64,000 nucleotides of DNA from Candidatus Eiseniibacteriota bacterium. Lineage in GTDB: Bacteria; Eisenbacteria; RBG-16-71-46; CAZAMP01. Within the stretch, counting starts at the first letter, position 1. The number at the start of each line of letters is the position of its first letter. The notes under the pieces are model-generated. The model was not told the DNA's origin and made no database searches. It worked only from the letters and a program-made list of their open reading frames with translations. Positions 10,577 to 20,009 of the stretch are shown one piece after another. The DNA is taken from contig OZ245046.1 of the NCBI GenBank assembly GCA_965224245.1, positions 5,088,001 to 5,152,000 of the forward strand. The letters are read 5' to 3'. The position numbers were made by a program, and so were the translations under genes.

Positions 10577-10593
10577 TTGGTTCGGTTCCTGCA
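10577..10593 (+). promoter_or_regulatory. Candidate sigma54 -24/-12 promoter
   Basis: TTGG-TTCGGTTCCT-GCA gives exact GG-N10-GC spacing, in the intergenic region ahead of the 19-gene cluster. Confidence 0.35.
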
Positions 10594-10755
10594 ACAACTC
10601 GGTCGGCGTGAGCGCCCGCGGATGCGGCCAGACGCCCAAGCGACTCCGATCGAACGAGTTGCCGTTGCGCAACGACGCTCGCGTGCCGGGCTCGCCCGGC
10701 GCGCGGATCGCGCGGGACGTTGCGATCTGCAATCACGATGACGAACGGGACGTGC

Positions 10756-11223
10756 ATGATCCGATCCCCCGAGATGGCCGATCTCCGCCGATGGACCGCC
10801 GCGGCCTCGCTGGCCGCGCTCGCGACGTGTGCCGGATGCGCCGGCGACTCCGCGGGTCCGACGACACCGCGCACCGATCCGCCGACCGGCGGCGAGATCT
10901 TCCTGCTCGACTTCGACGCCTACGTGACGCGGGTCGCGCCGGTCCTGTCGACGAGCGGCTGCGCGGCCGCCGGCGACTGTCACGGCGGAGGGATCCGCGG
11001 CACGTTCGAGCTGTCTCCCGAGGATGCCAAGGACCACGCCTTCGACTTCCAGCAGGTGGTTCTTCAGGTGGCCCCGTACACGCCCGACGCGAGCCCGATC
11101 CTGACCAAGCCTCTCGCGTCCGATGCCGGCGGCGAGCCACACGCGTTCGAGCCGTTCCCGAGCACCGACGACGACGGGTATCGCGCGATCGCCGACTGGA
11201 TCCACGAAGGGGTCTTCGAGTGA
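10756..11223 (+). CDS. Lipoprotein with atypical heme-c-like motif (CX5CH), planctomycete-cytochrome-like
   Basis: Lipobox-like LATCAGC; VAPVLSTSGCAAAGDCHG; SPILTKP...H...Y.AIADWI. Start uncertain (10720/10756/10774). Confidence 0.6.
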   Translation: MIRSPEMADLRRWTAAASLAALATCAGCAGDSAGPTTPRTDPPTGGEIFLLDFDAYVTRVAPVLSTSGCAAAGDCHGGGIRGTFELSPEDAKDHAFDFQQVVLQVAPYTPDASPILTKPLASDAGGEPHAFEPFPSTDDDGYRAIADWIHEGVFE

Positions 11224-11945
11224 TGCGCCTCGTGTGCCGGGTCGCCATTGCGGGTGCGCTCTCGGCCTGTCTCCTTGCCTCGCCCGTGCGCGCCCGCGAT
11301 GCGTCCGCCAACGACGCGCCCGGGGAGGCACGCGACGCGACCCGGGCCGCGCTGACCAGCCAGGGATCCGGCGAGCCCGCAACGTCCGACGCGTCCGCCG
11401 ACGCGATCGCCGAAACGACCGCCGACGGTTCGCTCGACGCGCTCGTCCCCGACGTGGCCCGCGATCCCTGGAAGCTGAGCCCCGGCACGCGCCCGTTCGC
11501 CGGACGCTTCACCTTCGGGGCGGCGTACGGCTCGCTGGGTGACCATCGCCTGTACGCGCTATGCGCCGCCTACAGCCCGAGCGCCTGGCTCTCCTGGGAG
11601 GCCGCGATCGGACACAACCCGGGCGACGCCGTCCATGCGCTCTTCCACACCCTGTCGGCGCACGTTCGCCACCCGCTGCCGTGGCGGCTCCAGCCCTACG
11701 GAACGATCGGGTTCGGACAGGCCATGGTGTTTCCCGGCACGAGCATGAACGCCGACCCCGTCACCGAGAACGTGCTCACGGTCGGCGGCGGACTCGAGAT
11801 CTACATCCGTGACGACGTCGCGCTCCGGGGCGAGGTGCGTCAGGCCACGGTCTTCGGCCCGGAGCGAGGCTCCGAGCGGACCGCGCGATACGACTACGCC
11901 GAGGCCACGATCGGCCTCGCGTTTCACAGACGAGTCAGAAACTGA
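11223..11945 (+). CDS. Putative outer-membrane beta-barrel protein
   Basis: ATG overlaps upstream stop; signal peptide; amphipathic strands LQPYGTIGFG, VGGGLEIYI, VALRGEVR, EATIGLAF. Confidence 0.68.
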   Translation: MRLVCRVAIAGALSACLLASPVRARDASANDAPGEARDATRAALTSQGSGEPATSDASADAIAETTADGSLDALVPDVARDPWKLSPGTRPFAGRFTFGAAYGSLGDHRLYALCAAYSPSAWLSWEAAIGHNPGDAVHALFHTLSAHVRHPLPWRLQPYGTIGFGQAMVFPGTSMNADPVTENVLTVGGGLEIYIRDDVALRGEVRQATVFGPERGSERTARYDYAEATIGLAFHRRVRN

Positions 11946-12052
11946 ACGAGCGTCGCGGCACCGGACGCGTCACACGCCGCGGACCGCGTACGCCCATCAG
12001 CGGGGACGCGCCGAGCCGGGCCTGGCGGGGGCCCGCGGCGCAGGAGGCGATC

Positions 12053-14101
12053 ATGCTGAGACACCCGAGCACCCGCGACGTCGCGCCCCCGCGACCGTTG
12101 CACCGTCACCTCGTCACGCCGGGGCTGGTCGCGACGGCGGCCGGGCTGGCGCTCGTGTCGACCGGGTGCCGCGACAGCGCGCCCGACGATCTGATCCAGG
12201 AAGAAGAGACCACCGAGGCGCTGGTCTTCGTGAAGACCGAGGGCGAGGAGACGCTCAACCGGAGCTGGGCCCACAGCAACCTGTACAAGCTGTCCCCGAT
12301 CGCACCCGACGGCGAGGTCATCCCCCTGACCGACTACACCGGCGCCAGCGTCTCGGATCCGTGCGTGTCGTTCGACGGCCGGCGGATCCTGTTCGCGATG
12401 CGCCCTCCGGGCGTATCGAGCAAGAACATCTACGAAATCGCCGCCGACGGCACCGGGCTCCGTCAGGTGACCTCGGGCGGCGGACACGACTTCGATCCGC
12501 TGTACCTGCCCGACGGCCGCATCCTGTTCACGAGCTCCCGCGACGGTGAGATGGACGAGTACAACCACTCGCCGTCCGAGCACCTGTATCGGTGCAACTC
12601 GGATGGAACGGGCCTGGAGCGGCTCAGCTTCAACCAGTCCGACGACTTCGACCCGTTCCTGCTCCCCAGCGGCCGCATCGGCTACACGCGCTGGGAGCAC
12701 TTCGGCACGTTCAATCGCTTCCCGCTCTTCGTGACGAATCCCGACGGGACGGGCACGTTTCACCACTACGGTCCTCACTCCCGGAACTTCTTCCACGCGC
12801 AGACGACACCCGACGGCCGCATCATCGCGATCGAGTCGACGATGGTGAACGAGGACGCCGGGCCGATCGCGCTTCTGAAGCTCGAGCAGGGTCCAGCCGA
12901 TCCGGTGCTGGGCGGCTCGTCGCTGCACTGGGATCGGCTCACCGTGGACGTGGGCACCGACGGCGCCCCGTGGACCTACGGCGCATTCAAGTACCCGTTC
13001 CCGATCGGCGGCAACCGCTTCGTCGCGTCGTACACGCTGCCCGCGGCCACCGAGGAGGACGTGGACTACGGGCTGTACACGTTCACGCTCAACCAGAGCG
13101 GCGCGGGCACGGTCGAGGAGCCGGCCACGTTCACGCTGAACGACATGACGTTCCTCTACAACGATCCCGCGACCAACGAGTACGACGCGCAGCTCCTGGC
13201 GCCGCACGGACGTCCGCCGGTGGTGCCCGACGTCGTGGACCCCTCGGTGGACTACGGCGTATTTCTGGCCCAGGACGTCTTCAACCGGGGCACGAACGAC
13301 GGTCAGGAGCGGCCGGTCCACGGAGTCGATGCGATCGACGAGATCGCCGTCATCGCGGCGCGCCCCACGATGCGGGGCATGAACAACGGCACCTCGGCCA
13401 ACGAGTTCGAGATGCGGGCGCTCATCGGCTTCGCGCCGGTGCAGCCGGACGGCTCGTTCCGGATCAAGGTGCCGGCCGACACCCCGATCACGTTCGCGAC
13501 GCTCGACGACCACGACCGCGGGTTCGTGGTGAAGCGGACGTGGCTTTACGTGCGCCCCGGCGAGGAGTTCGATCAGTGCACCGGGTGTCACGAGGATCGC
13601 GACGCGGGCGGCCTGCGCCCGACGAACCCCGACCCGTTGGCCGCGCACCTCGAGCCGACGGACCTGAACCTCCCCGCGTCGGCGTTCCGGATCATCAACT
13701 ACGAGAGCAGCATCGCGCCCATCGTTGACGCGAAGTGCGTGTCCTGCCATCAGCCCACGTACGTGGAGCGCGACTCCATACTGGCCGACGAGACCGTGGT
13801 CACCGTGGTCGACACGATCCCCGCACCGGCCAACCTGGATCTGACGGCGACGCCCGACACGCTGATGATGGAGAACGAGATCTTCCCCCGCGGCTACGTG
13901 AACCTCTCCGGGGAATCCGAGCACCTCGAGGAGCAGGTCGTGCGCCCGGCGTTCCCACGCCGGTCGGTGCTGATCGACTACGTGCTCGGCCTCGGCGAGC
14001 GCGCGGCGCTCGGCCCCCACCCCGAGGACGAGTACGCGCTCACGGACGAGGAGAAGGAGACCTTCAACCTCTGGGTGCTACTGGGCGCCCAGTACAAGTA
14101 G
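12053..14101 (+). CDS. HzsA-like lipoprotein: PD40/TolB propeller, hydrazine-synthase-alpha middle-like domain, two CxxCH
   Basis: Lipobox LVSTGC; DPCVSFDGRRILFAM and DFDPLYLPDGRILFTSSR; YTRWEH; PVQPDGSFRIKVPADTPI...RPGE..CTGCHE; IAPIVDAKCVSCH. Confidence 0.82.
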   Translation: MLRHPSTRDVAPPRPLHRHLVTPGLVATAAGLALVSTGCRDSAPDDLIQEEETTEALVFVKTEGEETLNRSWAHSNLYKLSPIAPDGEVIPLTDYTGASVSDPCVSFDGRRILFAMRPPGVSSKNIYEIAADGTGLRQVTSGGGHDFDPLYLPDGRILFTSSRDGEMDEYNHSPSEHLYRCNSDGTGLERLSFNQSDDFDPFLLPSGRIGYTRWEHFGTFNRFPLFVTNPDGTGTFHHYGPHSRNFFHAQTTPDGRIIAIESTMVNEDAGPIALLKLEQGPADPVLGGSSLHWDRLTVDVGTDGAPWTYGAFKYPFPIGGNRFVASYTLPAATEEDVDYGLYTFTLNQSGAGTVEEPATFTLNDMTFLYNDPATNEYDAQLLAPHGRPPVVPDVVDPSVDYGVFLAQDVFNRGTNDGQERPVHGVDAIDEIAVIAARPTMRGMNNGTSANEFEMRALIGFAPVQPDGSFRIKVPADTPITFATLDDHDRGFVVKRTWLYVRPGEEFDQCTGCHEDRDAGGLRPTNPDPLAAHLEPTDLNLPASAFRIINYESSIAPIVDAKCVSCHQPTYVERDSILADETVVTVVDTIPAPANLDLTATPDTLMMENEIFPRGYVNLSGESEHLEEQVVRPAFPRRSVLIDYVLGLGERAALGPHPEDEYALTDEEKETFNLWVLLGAQYK

Positions 14102-14112
14102 GGGACGAGACG

Positions 14113-14718
14113 ATGTCGACATCCGGCGTCCTGAGCTGGCTCACGAAGCTCGGCCTCGCGATCCTGGCTGCGACCGCGGCCTGGGGTGACACACCGAGCC
14201 GCGACACCGCGGGCGCGACCGGACTCGCCGCGGCTTCGCCCGCTGCGGTACCGGCATCGCACCCGGACGGGCCGCTCGGGTCGCACCGACTGGCCACGCT
14301 GGATGGAGGGGATCTTCGTCTCGCCGACCTCGCGGGTGAGATCGTCGTCGTGAACTTCTGGGCCAGCTGGTGCAAGCCGTGCCGGAAGGAGGTTCCGGAG
14401 CTGAACGACGTGCACCGGTGGCTGTCCGGACGTGAGGGACGCGTCGTGGCCGTATCCATCGACCACGATCGTGCCCGGGCGGCGCGCTTCGCGAGCCGTC
14501 AGGGCATGGCGATGACGGTGTGTCACGACGGGCCCGACGGGCTGGCGCGAGCGCTCGACATCTCCAGCGTGCCGTTCACGCTGGTGCTGGATCGTGACGG
14601 TCGCATCGCCCACACGGTCTCTGGCCAGGTCGACGAGGGCGTGCTGGTGGACGTCCTCGCCGGTCTGGACCCCGCGCCACGAATGGCGGAGGTCGGCGCC
14701 GAGGAGGACGCGCGATGA
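14113..14718 (+). CDS. TlpA/CcmG-like thioredoxin (disulfide reductase)
   Basis: VVVNFWASWCKPCRKEVP; VPFTLVLDRDG; N-terminal hydrophobic segment. Confidence 0.9.
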   Translation: MSTSGVLSWLTKLGLAILAATAAWGDTPSRDTAGATGLAAASPAAVPASHPDGPLGSHRLATLDGGDLRLADLAGEIVVVNFWASWCKPCRKEVPELNDVHRWLSGREGRVVAVSIDHDRARAARFASRQGMAMTVCHDGPDGLARALDISSVPFTLVLDRDGRIAHTVSGQVDEGVLVDVLAGLDPAPRMAEVGAEEDAR

Positions 14719-14951
14719 AACGGCTCATGCGACGGACGCTGCGCCTCGTCGTGACGGTCGCGGCACTCGCCACCGCCGCCTCGTCGCTCGGGTGCGGGGC
14801 CAAGGTTTACGAGCGCGAGTTCCTCGCCGATCCCGTGATGTCCTTCGACGTGGACGCCGACGAGGAGCGTCGCGAGCTCAAGTGGCTCGAGGCACGCGAG
14901 GGCTCGGCGGGCGGCGCCGGTGGCGCGGGTGGGGGGTGCGCGTGCAACTGA
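14715..14951 (+). CDS. DUF4266 small lipoprotein
   Basis: Lipobox SLGC; V.YERE.LADPVMSF; REGSAGG.GG.GGGCACN C-terminus; ATGA overlap with upstream gene. Confidence 0.88.
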   Translation: MKRLMRRTLRLVVTVAALATAASSLGCGAKVYEREFLADPVMSFDVDADEERRELKWLEAREGSAGGAGGAGGGCACN

Positions 14952-16081
14952 CGACCTCCCGAGTCCTGATCGCCGCTGCGGCCGTGATCGCCACGCCCGC
15001 CGACGCCGATCTCCTCGACGTGGACGAGCAGAGGGCCGACTACCTGTTTCGCTACTTCGCCGATTCCGACCACGTGCACGTGTTCTCGCACTACGGGGAG
15101 TATGCGATCTCCCTCGAGAGCGACGCCCGGCTCGAGCTCTACTGGAACCGCGAGTCGCTGGTGATTCCCGGAATCGACGCGCCGGCCGGGAGCGCCGAGG
15201 CCGTGGATGCGATCACGACCGCGAGCCGGCCGATCGCCAGCGGGGGCGATGCGTTCCGCGACTACACGAAGGTGCGCAACGAGGTCCAGGGCGGGGTCGC
15301 GTACCGGCGGACCACGCTCGGCTACTACGTCTCGACCGAGAGCGACTACTTCGCCCAGCAGGTGACGCTGCGCCTGGATCGCGACCTGCTCGCGGAGACG
15401 CTGAACCTGGCCGCCGGCGGCAGCTACGGATGGGACGTCATCGATCCCCTCGAGGACGCGGACGGGGCCACGCCGGCCGATCACAAGAACACGTGGCACG
15501 GCAACCTGGTGGCCACGATCATCGTCTCACCCACCACGTTGCTCCGGATGGGGGGCGAGCTGACCGTGGTCGACGGTCTCCAGCACAACCCGTATCGCAA
15601 CGTGTACGCCGGTGGCGGGCCCGAGCTCGAGCGACACCCGGATCACCGCGAGCGCCGCGATCTCTTCCTGAAGCTGAGTCAGTACTTTCGCAATCGATCC
15701 AGCGCTCGCGTGGACTATCGGCTCTACGCGGACGACTGGGGGGTGTCGTCCCGGACCTTCGGCGCGCGTCTTCATCAGTACCTGACCGACGCGCTCAGGG
15801 TGCGGTACCGGTACCGCTACTACGATCAGAGCGCCGCGGACTTCCATCGCGAGGAGTACGAGAGCCCGGATGGAATCGATGGACTTCGCACCGGCGACTA
15901 CCGGCTGTCCGCGATGACGTCCCATCTCTTCGGAACGCGGGTCACGCTGGATCTACGCGCGATGTCGACGTCGTCGCCGGTGCTCCAGAGGTTCGAGCTG
16001 GCCGTCGGCTACGAGCGCTACTTCAACTCCAACAACTTCTCGGCAAACGTGTTCGAGTCCGGGCTGACCTACCGGTTCTAG
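14942..16081 (+). CDS. DUF3570 outer-membrane beta-barrel protein
   Basis: Follows DUF4266. Motifs VDAITTAS, STESDY, GLQHNPYR, ERHPDHR.R, YRLYADDWGV, RYRYYDQSAADF; ends TYRF. Confidence 0.85.
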   Translation: MQLTTSRVLIAAAAVIATPADADLLDVDEQRADYLFRYFADSDHVHVFSHYGEYAISLESDARLELYWNRESLVIPGIDAPAGSAEAVDAITTASRPIASGGDAFRDYTKVRNEVQGGVAYRRTTLGYYVSTESDYFAQQVTLRLDRDLLAETLNLAAGGSYGWDVIDPLEDADGATPADHKNTWHGNLVATIIVSPTTLLRMGGELTVVDGLQHNPYRNVYAGGGPELERHPDHRERRDLFLKLSQYFRNRSSARVDYRLYADDWGVSSRTFGARLHQYLTDALRVRYRYRYYDQSAADFHREEYESPDGIDGLRTGDYRLSAMTSHLFGTRVTLDLRAMSTSSPVLQRFELAVGYERYFNSNNFSANVFESGLTYRF

Positions 16082-16130
16082 CCCCGGCGCGCGCCGCGTG
16101 CGCGCGACCCCTTCCAACAGGAGGAAGGCC

Positions 16131-17765
16131 ATGAAGCGAGTCGTATTCGGACCGCTGGCGCTGGCGGTCGTCATGGTCGGACCGGCGACGGGAGGGACGT
16201 TCGAGCGATCCCAGCTGTCTCCCGAGCACGGGATCGACGCGGTGACCCGGGCAGTGGCGCGCGAGACCGTGAATCGGGATCTGTTCTCGCGACCGCACTC
16301 AAGCGTTCTCGTGGGCAACGTGGACGTGTACGACACGTTCCCGTACCTGGAAGCGCGATACGTACAGGTCGTGTCGGATCCGGGCTGGAACCGTCTGCTG
16401 TACGGGGAGATCGGCAAGAGCCTGTCGGCCGCCGACGGTCTGGCGGATCCTCACGGACTGGCGGTGGACGCGCGCGGGCGCGTGTACGTGGCCGACACCG
16501 GCAACGATCGGGTCGTGGCGTACGACCTCTCCTACGAGTTCGACGACGTGCACCTGGTGCCCCGGTTCACGGTGGACGACCTGCGCCGTCCCTACGACGT
16601 CGCGGTGTCGGACGGGGGGACACCCTTCGACCCGTCGGACGACCGGCTCTACGTGGCCGACACCGGTCGCAACCGGGTCGCCGCGTTCTCGCTCGGCGAG
16701 AACGGGGCCACGCTCGCGAGCGCAATCGGCGGGCTCGGCAGCGGCACGGGCCGACTGGCCGGCCCGATGGCGATCGCCGTCGGACACCGGAACGGCGTGT
16801 GCACGACCGACGTGTACGTCGCCGACGCACACACGCGGCGCCTGATTCGTCTTCGGGACGGCGCCGACGGTCTCTCCTGGGTGTCCGAGCACCGGCACCA
16901 GGCCGACCTCGTCTCGTCGCTCGACACCGATCACTGGGGCAACGTCTACGCGAGCGAGCCCGGGACCGACACCGTTCGCAAGTACACGCCGGGCCTGTAC
17001 GAGGTGGCCGCGCTCCGTGATGGGCTCGTGCGCCCGCGGGACTTCCACGTGCCGTTCGTCACGGTGCGGGACCACCGCGACGGCTCGGTGACGCGATCGG
17101 GCGAAGCCGGCGGCCTCGTGGTGGAGCAGTGGGCGAGCGACAGCGGCGTCCGCCTGTTCTCGCTGGGGACCGAGGCGACCGATCTCAGCGTGGAGGCCGA
17201 TGCCGGGCTCAGCGCGCGTTTCGTCCTCACCGATCCCGCCGACGTGCGCGTCACGGTCACCGATGCGGCGAACGGCGAGCGCGTCGCCGAGCATCAGGCG
17301 GGTCGACTGGAGGCGGGACCGCAGACCGTGTCGTTCAGCGCCGGGGACTTCGTGCGCCCTCTCGGTGACGGCGACTACCTGATGCGCGTGACGTCGCACT
17401 CGGGCTACGCGTCCGGCGGATCGGACGTGGCCCAGGTCAGCTTCCGCTTCGGTGAGGAGGGTCTCGTGCTGACGCCGACGCGGCCGCTCCTCCTGGGCAA
17501 CCACCCGAACCCGTTCAACCCGACCACACGCGTGCAGGTGCTGGTGCCAGAGAACGCAATCGGGACGCGCGCGGAGTTCCGCGTCTTCGACACGCGGGGC
17601 CGTCTCGTCCATGCGACCGAGCGCGACGTCTCGTCGGCCGGGCTACAGGCATTCGACTGGGATGGCTCGTCACGAGGCGGTCTGGACGCCTCGGCCGGCG
17701 TGTACTTCTACGAGGTCGCGGTGGCCGACGAGCATCTCGACGGCCGAATGGTGCTGATCCGATGA
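16131..17765 (+). CDS. Secreted NHL-repeat protein with FlgD-Ig CTD
   Basis: GGAGG RBS; PHGLAVD..GRVYVADTGNDRV and LYVADTGRNRV repeats; C-terminal PNPFNP...WDG...AGVYFY. Confidence 0.82.
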   Translation: MKRVVFGPLALAVVMVGPATGGTFERSQLSPEHGIDAVTRAVARETVNRDLFSRPHSSVLVGNVDVYDTFPYLEARYVQVVSDPGWNRLLYGEIGKSLSAADGLADPHGLAVDARGRVYVADTGNDRVVAYDLSYEFDDVHLVPRFTVDDLRRPYDVAVSDGGTPFDPSDDRLYVADTGRNRVAAFSLGENGATLASAIGGLGSGTGRLAGPMAIAVGHRNGVCTTDVYVADAHTRRLIRLRDGADGLSWVSEHRHQADLVSSLDTDHWGNVYASEPGTDTVRKYTPGLYEVAALRDGLVRPRDFHVPFVTVRDHRDGSVTRSGEAGGLVVEQWASDSGVRLFSLGTEATDLSVEADAGLSARFVLTDPADVRVTVTDAANGERVAEHQAGRLEAGPQTVSFSAGDFVRPLGDGDYLMRVTSHSGYASGGSDVAQVSFRFGEEGLVLTPTRPLLLGNHPNPFNPTTRVQVLVPENAIGTRAEFRVFDTRGRLVHATERDVSSAGLQAFDWDGSSRGGLDASAGVYFYEVAVADEHLDGRMVLIR

Positions 17766-18391
17766 GGACGAGGACGGCGTGCGCCTCCGAGCGCCGCGCC
17801 GGGGGACGGCGTCGCGTCCGCGCGGCGCTGCTCCTGGCCGGCGTGCTCGTGACCGGATGCCTCGGAGAGCCCGAGCTCGAGGATCGCTGGACGCGGATCG
17901 ATCTCGACGAGACGTCGCTGGAGTCCGGCCAGGAGATCGCGACCGGCACGCCCACCTCGGTGCGGTGCACGGGCGCGGTGACGTTCCGGTCCGTCCTGAC
18001 CGGGTTCCTCGTGACCGAGGTACGCGTGAGCAGCTCGATGACGTCGGACGCCGTGGGGCTCGATCCCGACGGCCCACGCCTCGACATGGCCCACGACGTG
18101 GACGACATCCTGGCGAGCTCGGTGACGGCCGGACGGGCGGTGCGGGCGATGACCGGCTGGGATCACCTGATCTTCCCGTTCGATCTCACGTTCGACGCGA
18201 CCGTGCCCGCGGTGTCGGACTCCGGAGCGACCGTCGGTGCCTTCCTCGTGACGTACATGGGCGAGGGGGAGGAGATCGAGCTGGAGAACGGCTCGGACTC
18301 CCTCGTCGTGACGCCGTTTCCGTCCGAGGACTACCAGATCCTCCCGATCGGTCTGCCATTGGCCCCGAGCACCGGGGCGCGCGCATGGTGA
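17762..18391 (+). CDS. Hypothetical lipoprotein
   Basis: ATGA coupling; Arg-rich n-region; lipobox LVTGC; acidic, beta-rich body. Confidence 0.68.
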   Translation: MRTRTACASERRAGGRRRVRAALLLAGVLVTGCLGEPELEDRWTRIDLDETSLESGQEIATGTPTSVRCTGAVTFRSVLTGFLVTEVRVSSSMTSDAVGLDPDGPRLDMAHDVDDILASSVTAGRAVRAMTGWDHLIFPFDLTFDATVPAVSDSGATVGAFLVTYMGEGEEIELENGSDSLVVTPFPSEDYQILPIGLPLAPSTGARAW

Positions 18392-19059
18392 CGATACGGC
18401 GCGCGCTCGTACCGCTGGGACTCGCGGCGCTGGCCGTCACCGTGGCCGCCGGACCGTCGCGCGCGGGCACGACGTCCCGCGTCTCGGTGGATGGCTTCGT
18501 CGGCCCCACCTCGCTCGACACGTCGTTCGCGAGCTACCGGTGGGACGTGGGACCGCGCGCGAGCTGGACGGCCCGAATCCGGGCCCGACGGGGCCGCATG
18601 GCCGTGGCCGCGCGCATCGGCCGGACGCACGCCACGCAGGCCAGCGGCATTCCCGGCGCGGATGCCGACGTGTCCGTCGCGCTGACGTCGCTCGATCTCC
18701 AGGCTCAGCTTCGGCTCTTTTCCATCGCCCGCTGCGACGCGATGGCGCATCTCGCCAGCGGACGCATGCATCTGGGGTGGCGTCCCGATGAATCCGAGGT
18801 CGCACTGCCCGGCTCCGGCGAACGCGTCTCGGTTCGCTACGCGCCCGTGGACGAGTGGGTCGCGTCGGTCGGGATGTCGCTGGAACGGGACGTGACCGCC
18901 TCCATGGCCGCCGTCGTGGAGGTGGAGGGGCAGTGGTTCGATCTCGACACGATGCACCGGGCGGGTGGCAGCCTCGAGTCGGGTCGCGAGCGGTTCGGTA
19001 ACTGGGCGCTGCGGGTGGGTCTGTCGTGGACTCCGTGGTCGCCGGCAGGGGGCTCTTGA
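18385..19059 (+). CDS. Putative outer-membrane beta-barrel protein
   Basis: Signal peptide MVTIRRALVPLGLAALAVTVAA; alternating strands; terminal strand NWALRVGLSW. Confidence 0.58.
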   Translation: MVTIRRALVPLGLAALAVTVAAGPSRAGTTSRVSVDGFVGPTSLDTSFASYRWDVGPRASWTARIRARRGRMAVAARIGRTHATQASGIPGADADVSVALTSLDLQAQLRLFSIARCDAMAHLASGRMHLGWRPDESEVALPGSGERVSVRYAPVDEWVASVGMSLERDVTASMAAVVEVEGQWFDLDTMHRAGGSLESGRERFGNWALRVGLSWTPWSPAGGS

Positions 19060-19061
19060 CG

Positions 19062-20000
19062 ATGTGGAACGACTCTCACCTCGAGATCCGCGGCATCGGC
19101 TCCGTCCGGCACGCGATCGCGTTCCGGCGCCGGCTGACGGCGTCGATCGTGTCGATCGCGTCGATCGCGGCGGCCGCATCGTCGTCGGTCGCGACGACCG
19201 GCGACGTGTCGGGCCCGCCGGCCGACGACTCCTCCCGACCGACGCGCGACGCCGCGGCGCTGGAGCGGCAGATCCGTCAAACCCGCGATGCGAAGCGCGT
19301 TCGCGTGACCGACGACAACGCCGTGGTTCGGACCGGCCCCGGCGACGCTTTCGCGCTGGCCGGCGTCTTCTCGGAGGGAACGTCGTTCTCCGTGCTCGCC
19401 AAGCGTGACGACTGGTACAACGTACATCTGTCGGTCACCGAGACCGGGTGGATCCACGCCTCGCTGTGCGAGGAGTACGACGACCTCTCCGCGCTCGACT
19501 TCCGACCGAACCCGCGGCTCTACTCCCGCATCGGAACCTTCGTGGTGACCGGACACGCCGGCGCCTACGGCTTCGATCGGAAGTCCAACTCGCTCGTCCT
19601 GGGAGGTCGCGTCGGCTACTACGTCTTCGATTTCGTCGAGATCGAGGGCGGCGTGGCCTGGACGCACATCGACCGCCCGCGCGAGATCGTCGAGTCGCTC
19701 TTCGATCTCTCGCTCGAGAGCGAGGCATTCCACATGCTCACGTACAACATGAACGTGACGATGGAGATTCTGCCCGGTCGTCAGATGGTCCCGTTCGTCA
19801 CCGGCGGCGTCGGCTCGACCATCATGCAGGGCGACACCGAGCCCACGCTCAACTTCGGCGCGGGCACGATGCTCTTTCTCTCCAAGCGTGCGGCGATGCG
19901 CTGGGAGTTCCGCAACCATCGGTTCGAGTCCGGATCGCAGGCCGCTCGACGCCGGTTCAACAACGTCGAGTTCACGCTCGGTACGGCCTACCTGTTCTAG
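19062..20000 (+). CDS. SH3b domain + outer-membrane beta-barrel (OmpA-like; GltA/H-like architecture)
   Basis: SH3b motif VRTGPG..F...DWYNV...GWIH; barrel PFVTGGVG, NFGAG, ending FTLGTAYLF. Confidence 0.8.
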   Translation: MWNDSHLEIRGIGSVRHAIAFRRRLTASIVSIASIAAAASSSVATTGDVSGPPADDSSRPTRDAAALERQIRQTRDAKRVRVTDDNAVVRTGPGDAFALAGVFSEGTSFSVLAKRDDWYNVHLSVTETGWIHASLCEEYDDLSALDFRPNPRLYSRIGTFVVTGHAGAYGFDRKSNSLVLGGRVGYYVFDFVEIEGGVAWTHIDRPREIVESLFDLSLESEAFHMLTYNMNVTMEILPGRQMVPFVTGGVGSTIMQGDTEPTLNFGAGTMLFLSKRAAMRWEFRNHRFESGSQAARRRFNNVEFTLGTAYLF

Positions 20001-20009
20001 GAGTCATCG

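Noticed and set aside
12053-14101. Anammox hydrazine synthase
   Set aside because: Only an alpha-like domain is present, with no hzsB/hzsC or hdh. It is a lipoprotein within an envelope operon.
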